In this document: piece by piece, positions 58,957 to 64,000 of the stretch
Layout of the letters: each line of letters opens with the position of its first letter
Numbering within the stretch: the stretch's first letter is position 1
From: an uncultured Gammaproteobacteria bacterium
Lineage (GTDB): Bacteria > Patescibacteriota > Microgenomatia > Levybacterales > UBA12049
DNA length: 64,000 nt
Direction of reading: 5' to 3'
NCBI GenBank assembly: GCA_964408485.1
Contig: CAYOZJ010000001.1
Span: 92,366 to 156,365 of the forward strand
Translations under genes and position numbers: made by a program
Notes under the pieces: model-generated
Database searches by the model: none
What the model saw: only the letters and a program-made list of their open reading frames with translations
What the model was told of the DNA's origin: nothing

Positions 58957-60453
58957 TTACTTCTTTAATTCTACCACCACACGAAGCTGTTTGCCAGTTA
59001 TCTCCCGTACTACTTTTTCTAGAATCTCAACTATTTGTGCTTCTCCAAGTTTTTCTTTATGAAATGCGTATGCTGTCTGGAGTACCAACTGAGTATCGGT
59101 AAGAGATTTTACCGTGCAACCTCTGAGTACTCCTGCAACAGAATGATTGTAAGGCTTTACCTTATAAATAAGATTCTCAAGCAAAACGCTCGTATCTTTA
59201 ATATCTTTTGGTAAATCTGTTTGAGTACTTGTTGACTCCTCCTTTTTGGGAGCAACCGGCTTTACACCGCTTAATACTTGCTTTACTTTAAGATTCTGCT
59301 CTTTTTTAAGCATGTCTTTCATGGTATTCCGGTCATTGTGAGGAGCTAAAGGCGACGCGGCAATCTCTTTATCCGTATTAGATTGCTTCGTTTCACTCGC
59401 AATGACAGCGCCTTGCTGACACCACACAACCACAGCTAATTCTAAAGGAAGGGATGGAATAGGGGCATATTTGGTACCTTGATACGCCTCCTCAAATAAG
59501 GGAATGAGTATTTGCATATCTGAAAGAGAAATTTTTATATCGCCCGTGCTATTTGTATTTCCTATTTCCCTTAGTAGTCTCTTATGCAAGTCTGACAAAA
59601 TTTGATAGAGGAAGAATTTTACATCTGTTCCTTCTTCAACAACTTGACTGACTACCTGAAGCGTAGCCTTTGCATCTTTTTTAAGAAAGTTTTCCATAAA
59701 ATCATGAAGATGAGGAAGAATATTCGTTGTTTTAAATGAAGTTTCAAAAACCTCTTTCGTAATCTTTTTTCCATTTGATAATGCAACAACTTCTTCTAAA
59801 ATTTTGGTTGTATCTCTGTATCCCCCATCTCCCATTTCTGCTATTAACCCAAGCGCTTCATCATCTATATCTATTTTTTCCTCTTTTACAATTCTTTTTA
59901 ATGCATGAGTTAGCTCTTCTTTGCTTGCTCTATTTAGAGAAATATGAAAACATCTGGAGATAATGGTTGCGGGGACTTTTTGCGGCTCTGTTGTTGCAAA
60001 AATAAAAACCACATGTGCTGGGGGCTCTTCAATTGTCTTAAGAAGTGCATTAAATGCTTCGTTGGTAAGCATATGCACTTCATCGATAATATAAACTTTT
60101 TTCCGACTAGCGCTTGGTGCTAGATTAACCCGTTCGCGAAGCTCTCTAATTTCATCGATGCCTCTATTGGATGCACCGTCAATTTCCAAAACATCAATGT
60201 TTGATCCATTGGTAATACTTACACATTGGTCACACTCATTACATGGTTCTATACCGTTACGCTTAGAACTTGTACAGTTGAGGACTTTGGCAATGATTCT
60301 GGCAGTTGATGTCTTCCCAAGTCCCTTGGGACCGGTAAATAGAAAGGCATGAGGGATTTCTTTTTGAGACAAAACTGCTGTTAGGGTCTCTCTGAGCTTT
60401 GGACTATCTAACTCTGCAATTGTTTGGGGACGGTATTTTCTGTAGTAAACCAT
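58957..60453 (-). CDS. dnaX: DNA polymerase III gamma/tau with in-frame insertion
   Basis: YRKYRPQ, GPKGLGKTS, DGASNRGID, IIDEVHML, TIISRC. Confidence 0.97.
   Translation of the reverse strand: MVYYRKYRPQTIAELDSPKLRETLTAVLSQKEIPHAFLFTGPKGLGKTSTARIIAKVLNCTSSKRNGIEPCNECDQCVSITNGSNIDVLEIDGASNRGIDEIRELRERVNLAPSASRKKVYIIDEVHMLTNEAFNALLKTIEEPPAHVVFIFATTEPQKVPATIISRCFHISLNRASKEELTHALKRIVKEEKIDIDDEALGLIAEMGDGGYRDTTKILEEVVALSNGKKITKEVFETSFKTTNILPHLHDFMENFLKKDAKATLQVVSQVVEEGTDVKFFLYQILSDLHKRLLREIGNTNSTGDIKISLSDMQILIPLFEEAYQGTKYAPIPSLPLELAVVVWCQQGAVIASETKQSNTDKEIAASPLAPHNDRNTMKDMLKKEQNLKVKQVLSGVKPVAPKKEESTSTQTDLPKDIKDTSVLLENLIYKVKPYNHSVAGVLRGCTVKSLTDTQLVLQTAYAFHKEKLGEAQIVEILEKVVREITGKQLRVVVELKK
59332..59406. 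repeat. 75 bp palindromic element in frame in dnaX
   Basis: Close relative of the nadD/nadE copies. Confidence 0.9.
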
Positions 60454-60461
60454 AGTAATTT

Positions 60462-60614
60462 GTCATTCTGGGTTTTTCATTTTGTCATCCCGGACTTGAT
60501 CCGGGATCCACTCCTTTTTCTGGATTCCTGCTTTCGCAGGAATGACGCTTAATGAGATCCTTCACTCGACTCAGTATTTGCTTCACCGAAACGGCACACT
60601 TCGTTCAGGATGAC
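60462..60614. repeat. Cluster of nested palindromic elements upstream of dnaX
   Basis: Inner 60484-60546 (ychF-type) inside an outer GTCATTCTG...CAGGATGAC. Confidence 0.85.
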
Positions 60615-60682
60615 AGAGACGAAGCATGATTTAGGATACTACAAAAGGAGGGGTATTAAAAGATTGCAAAGTGTATCGAAAA

Positions 60683-60985
60683 TTAGGTTCTCGGGGAATT
60701 AGGTCTTTGTCTTGAGCCAGAAGTTCGTCTTTTTGGTCTTGCTGCATCATATCCCCTAGCAATAGCCGCATCTACAGCAGCAACATCAAATGGTTGACCA
60801 GCATCTTGATATGCGGCCTCTGCTGCATATCGTGCTTCCCAAAGGCGCTTTGAACTTTCAACTGCTTCCTGACCCGCTCTCCGAGCAGCAGGCGTATTTC
60901 TTATCCCAACCTTGTTAAATCTTCTATGCCATCTTTCTGAAGCTTCCGCAGCTTCCGTGAGTCTTTCTAATGCGCCTTCAACCAT
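60683..60985 (-). CDS. Ala/Arg-rich hypothetical protein
   Basis: TTGACA-16-TATAGT-7nt-ATG. Confidence 0.65.
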   Translation of the reverse strand: MVEGALERLTEAAEASERWHRRFNKVGIRNTPAARRAGQEAVESSKRLWEARYAAEAAYQDAGQPFDVAAVDAAIARGYDAARPKRRTSGSRQRPNSPRT

Positions 60986-61039
60986 AGAATGCACTATAAC
61001 AGATTTTTATGGGATGTCAAGAAAAAAAGCGTAACGGAG

Positions 61040-61255
61040 TTAATGAAGAGTAGCATTTCTCGCCCGAGCACGTGCCTGATGTACTCTACTATGTGCAACT
61101 TCGACGGGAACACCTTCTCTTTCCACGTTCGCAAATGCACTATGAAATGTTATCTTTGCTAAAGAATGACCAGGTCCTTTCGGTTTCCAGCCTACTGCTG
61201 CATTTTCTAATTTTCCCAATGCCTCTTCCTGTTCGGGACTTAGTTCAAAATTCAT
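61040..61255 (-). CDS. Small hypothetical protein
   Basis: TTGAAA...TATAAT-8nt-ATG. Confidence 0.6.
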   Translation of the reverse strand: MNFELSPEQEEALGKLENAAVGWKPKGPGHSLAKITFHSAFANVEREGVPVEVAHSRVHQARARARNATLH

Positions 61256-61301
61256 ACCGGATTATTATATAACTCTTACATGAGGTTTCAAGAGGAATCT
61301 T

Positions 61302-61595
61302 TTATACCACGTTTTTGAGTAACGATGTGTATCTTCTTTTCCACTCTGTATATTCTTTCTGCGCAGTGATTCCTGAATACATCCACTCCCTTGCTACACC
61401 CACCGGAATAACACCAATATCAACCTTTCTTTGGAGAGCTTGCTGTCTATTTCTCATTATAGCGTTGTGATGCTTTCTTAAGGGGTCAGAGGTGGGCATT
61501 TCACGCGTTTGCTCCCAATGTCTACCAAACTCAAATGCTTCGCGTTGAAGTTGAGAACCTATTTCGTAAGCCAATAATCTATAATTTGCTACCAT
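61302..61595 (-). CDS. Hypothetical protein
   Basis: 97 aa immediately after ybeY. Confidence 0.6.
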   Translation of the reverse strand: MVANYRLLAYEIGSQLQREAFEFGRHWEQTREMPTSDPLRKHHNAIMRNRQQALQRKVDIGVIPVGVAREWMYSGITAQKEYTEWKRRYTSLLKNVV

Positions 61596-61598
61596 AAG

Positions 61599-61985
61599 TT
61601 ATTCGTGGTGGATTCCAAGAAGATGATTCATACCATGCTCAACAAGCATATCCATGCGGTCGTCTACTAATTCTTCTTCCCTTGCTGCTTCGGTAATAAG
61701 CACAGGATACGAAATAACAATGTCACCTAAGCGTAATTTGTCTGTTGGCAGCACTGTTGCCTCACCTTCTGAGAGAGAAAAGCTAAGAATATTTCGCGTT
61801 TTATCCTCGCCTTTGTATTTACGGGACAATTCACGCATTTTGCGATCTCCAACAATGGCAAGAGATACTTCAACCGGTCCTGAGACATTTTGCTCACGAA
61901 TTACCTTTTCAACGGCTTTTTTAATGCGCTTGCGATTGACTTTGTATCTACTTTCTACAAAAAGTAAGACAGTGACGTCATTCAT
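61599..61985 (-). CDS. ybeY: rRNA maturation RNase YbeY
   Basis: M..L...Y...DK.T..LSF, LGDIVI, HG..HL.G..H. Confidence 0.92.
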   Translation of the reverse strand: MNDVTVLLFVESRYKVNRKRIKKAVEKVIREQNVSGPVEVSLAIVGDRKMRELSRKYKGEDKTRNILSFSLSEGEATVLPTDKLRLGDIVISYPVLITEAAREEELVDDRMDMLVEHGMNHLLGIHHE

Positions 61986-62188
61986 TATATTGTTGGTTGC
62001 AGGGATCTTTTCAGAAGTCTGGCTTTTCTTTTATCTTGCTTCTTCTGGGCACGAGCCGCAGATGGCTTTAGGTAAAATTGGCGTCTTTTTGCTTCCTGAA
62101 CAATACCGGCATCTTGTACTTTTCTGGTAAAATCGCGAATAACTTTGTCATCGCTATCACCTGGTTTTTTCTTAACAATTAATGTCAT
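61985..62188 (-). CDS. rpsU: 30S ribosomal protein S21
   Basis: IR.F.RKV...GI..E...R.FY.KPS; GGAGGTG SD. Confidence 0.9.
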   Translation of the reverse strand: MTLIVKKKPGDSDDKVIRDFTRKVQDAGIVQEAKRRQFYLKPSAARAQKKQDKRKARLLKRSLQPTI

Positions 62189-62371
62189 AAATATTACACC
62201 TCCCCCGTTAGATAGTCCCGTTAGGACATCTAACGGGGCCACATGAGATGTCTCAAGACTATCTCATTGTGGCTAAAATCTATCCTTTTTGAAGCTTGAA
62301 TTGCCTTATTATAGCATATGAATGTGGAAAACTAAACGTTCTTAACGCTTGACGCTTTACCCTTTGCGCTT

Positions 62372-62695
62372 TTATACTGCTTTTCCCATTGGTCCCATTA
62401 AATGGACATGAAAATGATCGATTTGCTGTCCCCCTCCACCATTTGTTGAAAGCCTAAATCCTGTCTCAACAAGATTAAATTCTCTTACCATGTTTTGGGC
62501 AACCTCACGGATTTTGTTCCAAATCATTTCCTCATCCAATGCTAAAAGATCGATAAAATGCTTTTTGGGGACAATAAGTAAATGTGTTGGCTTAAGTGGA
62601 TGAGTATCTGGGAAAACCATAATATCCTCGTCTTCGTAGGTAAAATCTTTTGGTTCTATGTGGTTGGCTATTTTGCAAAAAATACAGTCATCCAT
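62372..62695 (-). CDS. HIT family protein
   Basis: DCIFCKI, H.L..PKKH, HFHVH triad. Confidence 0.93.
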   Translation of the reverse strand: MDDCIFCKIANHIEPKDFTYEDEDIMVFPDTHPLKPTHLLIVPKKHFIDLLALDEEMIWNKIREVAQNMVREFNLVETGFRLSTNGGGGQQIDHFHVHLMGPMGKAV

Positions 62696-62716
62696 AAGTA
62701 ATTTTTCCCTTTTTCT

Positions 62717-62806
62717 CTCCTTCTCCTTTCAGGAGAAGGTTGGGATGAGGTTCGCTGATTTTCTGCTCCTCAACCTCACCCTGGCCCTCTCCTCGCAGGA
62801 GAGGGA
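62717..62806. repeat. CCTCACCC...CCCTCTCC...GGAGAGGG-type inverted palindrome dimer
   Basis: ccttctcc-tttca-ggagaaggttgggatgagg ... cctcaccctggccctctcc-tcgca-ggagaggg. Confidence 0.8.
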
Positions 62807-62816
62807 AATAATATGG

Positions 62817-63770
62817 TCAAGTCTTTTCCAAGACTTTTACGATTTCGTCTAGACTCAATCGTGTTGGAACCATTTTGGGATTTTTTGGTGTACCATTTAA
62901 AAGCATTTTATTAGACACGTGTAAAAACCATGTTGCCTCAGGATCCATTTTTTCAAGCTGATCTCTTACTAAAGACAAATTAATATCAGGGACATTGTCA
63001 AACAAATGAGATCCTTCGCTTCGCTCAGGATGACGAGGGGGTGCGGGCACTGCTTTTATACGCACATACCCTTTTCGTGGATCGCGTCTTATAACCACTA
63101 CATATCCCATCTTTTGCGCAAGCTTAATAACGCTATCGTTAATTGTTTCTAGCGCAAGTCCTTTTCCCCATTTTGTTGTAAATTCTCTGCCTTTGTCTAT
63201 TTCTTTCTCTGCCCAAATGCGACTTTCAAATCTCTTAAGCATTGCGTCTAAAATCTCCATTCCCCAGCTTACAAAAAATTCGTCATTATCTGGATGGAGT
63301 CCTTTCATTCCCTCTAGAATTCCATATAGACTAAATTCATGAATATCAGATCCTGCATCTGGCCAAAAAATCTCCTGAAAATGATCAAGACTTACAATAT
63401 AACTAACAATGCGCTCCATGGCAGCAATTTTATCTTCTCTTTTGCCATCTGACGTTGTTGCGTGAAGCGCTGGATTTTCTTTAACAACATACTCCCAGCA
63501 TCTACTTGTACTGCAAATATTGGTGTCATAAATTTGATGATGATCAAGAGGTGTAAGACCAGTATCGACGTGGATTATTTTGGTATCGTCTGACTCAACA
63601 ATGATTTGTGTATCTGCTTCTTTTTCTTTTCGCAAAACTCGTGGACTTCTCTGTCCTGCTGGGACAAATTCTACTTTTGCATTATCCCATCCAGGTAAAA
63701 ATCTTTTAAGAATCCAGACCGATCCAATGGCATCCCAATCAGGAGATGCGTGTGCAATGATAACGTGCAT
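62817..63770 (-). CDS. DHH-family phosphoesterase-like protein with short in-frame insertion
   Basis: H.SPD.DAI, VD.G...DHH; TATACT-6nt-ATG. Confidence 0.75.
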   Translation of the reverse strand: MHVIIAHASPDWDAIGSVWILKRFLPGWDNAKVEFVPAGQRSPRVLRKEKEADTQIIVESDDTKIIHVDTGLTPLDHHQIYDTNICSTSRCWEYVVKENPALHATTSDGKREDKIAAMERIVSYIVSLDHFQEIFWPDAGSDIHEFSLYGILEGMKGLHPDNDEFFVSWGMEILDAMLKRFESRIWAEKEIDKGREFTTKWGKGLALETINDSVIKLAQKMGYVVVIRRDPRKGYVRIKAVPAPPRHPERSEGSHLFDNVPDINLSLVRDQLEKMDPEATWFLHVSNKMLLNGTPKNPKMVPTRLSLDEIVKVLEKT

Positions 63771-64000
63771 AGAGGTAGTATAGCGATTTTAGAAATGAAT
63801 TAAAAGACAATACGTAAAATTATCAAGAAGAACGCTGTGGTGTCTGAGGTTGTACTTTTGAATTGGGTTGAACTTTTCTCATAGCTCGTTTTCTATTTCT
63901 TCTATGTTGGTCTATTTCATCTATTCTTTCCCCAAAATCCTGCATTTGCTCTATATCACCTCTTAACGTAGGTTCGGGTCCTGCAACAGGATACAAACGC

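Noticed and set aside
59299-59312. dnaX programmed -1 frameshift at AAAAAAG
   Set aside because: Read as AAA AAA GAG, not the A AAA AAG phase; no clear stimulatory element
53946-59406. Repeats as a CRISPR array or DGR template/variable pair
   Set aside because: Copies are dispersed with no repeat-spacer periodicity; differences are not confined to adenines; no cas or reverse transcriptase gene in the window
1-64000. Alternative genetic code (UGA as Gly or Trp)
   Set aside because: Conserved genes are uninterrupted in code 11 and several end at TGA
63820-64000. Possible 3' end of a minus-strand gene
   Set aside because: Two short competing frames; cannot be resolved at the window edge

Overview
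64 kb of AT-rich bacterial chromosome using the standard code (TGA is a stop). Gene content and style suggest a Patescibacteria/CPR organism, probably Microgenomates; this is an inference. Housekeeping genes include dnaB, hisS, rpmE, prfA, murB, ctpA, rpsF-ssb-rpsR, ychF, cysS, nadD-nadE, dnaX-ybaB-prs-recR, ybeY and rpsU. They are interleaved with transporters, an ApbE/FMN-binding/NqrB-FNR flavinylation module and many orphans with their own sigma70 promoters, often apparently leaderless. Three things stand out. (1) A YerC/TrpR-family repressor gene ends in His-His codons that sit in a textbook 1:2 / 2:3 / 3:4 attenuator. It heads an operon of FAD oxidase, frameshifted betaine-homocysteine-methyltransferase-like gene, two small genes and hisS, which may salvage methylated histidine. 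(2) A perfectly stem-paired but loop-aberrant tRNA-Cys(GCA) ends 2 nt before the ATG of an orphan enzyme-like gene. (3) Several families of palindromic and heptameric repeats occur both between genes and in frame inside conserved proteins (PepP, Ssb, YchF, CysRS, NadE, NadD, RecR, DnaX, a DHH protein). Three unexplained structured-RNA candidates are also present. No CRISPR array, rRNA, transposase or integrase was seen. All assignments come from reading the sequence; no searches were run.
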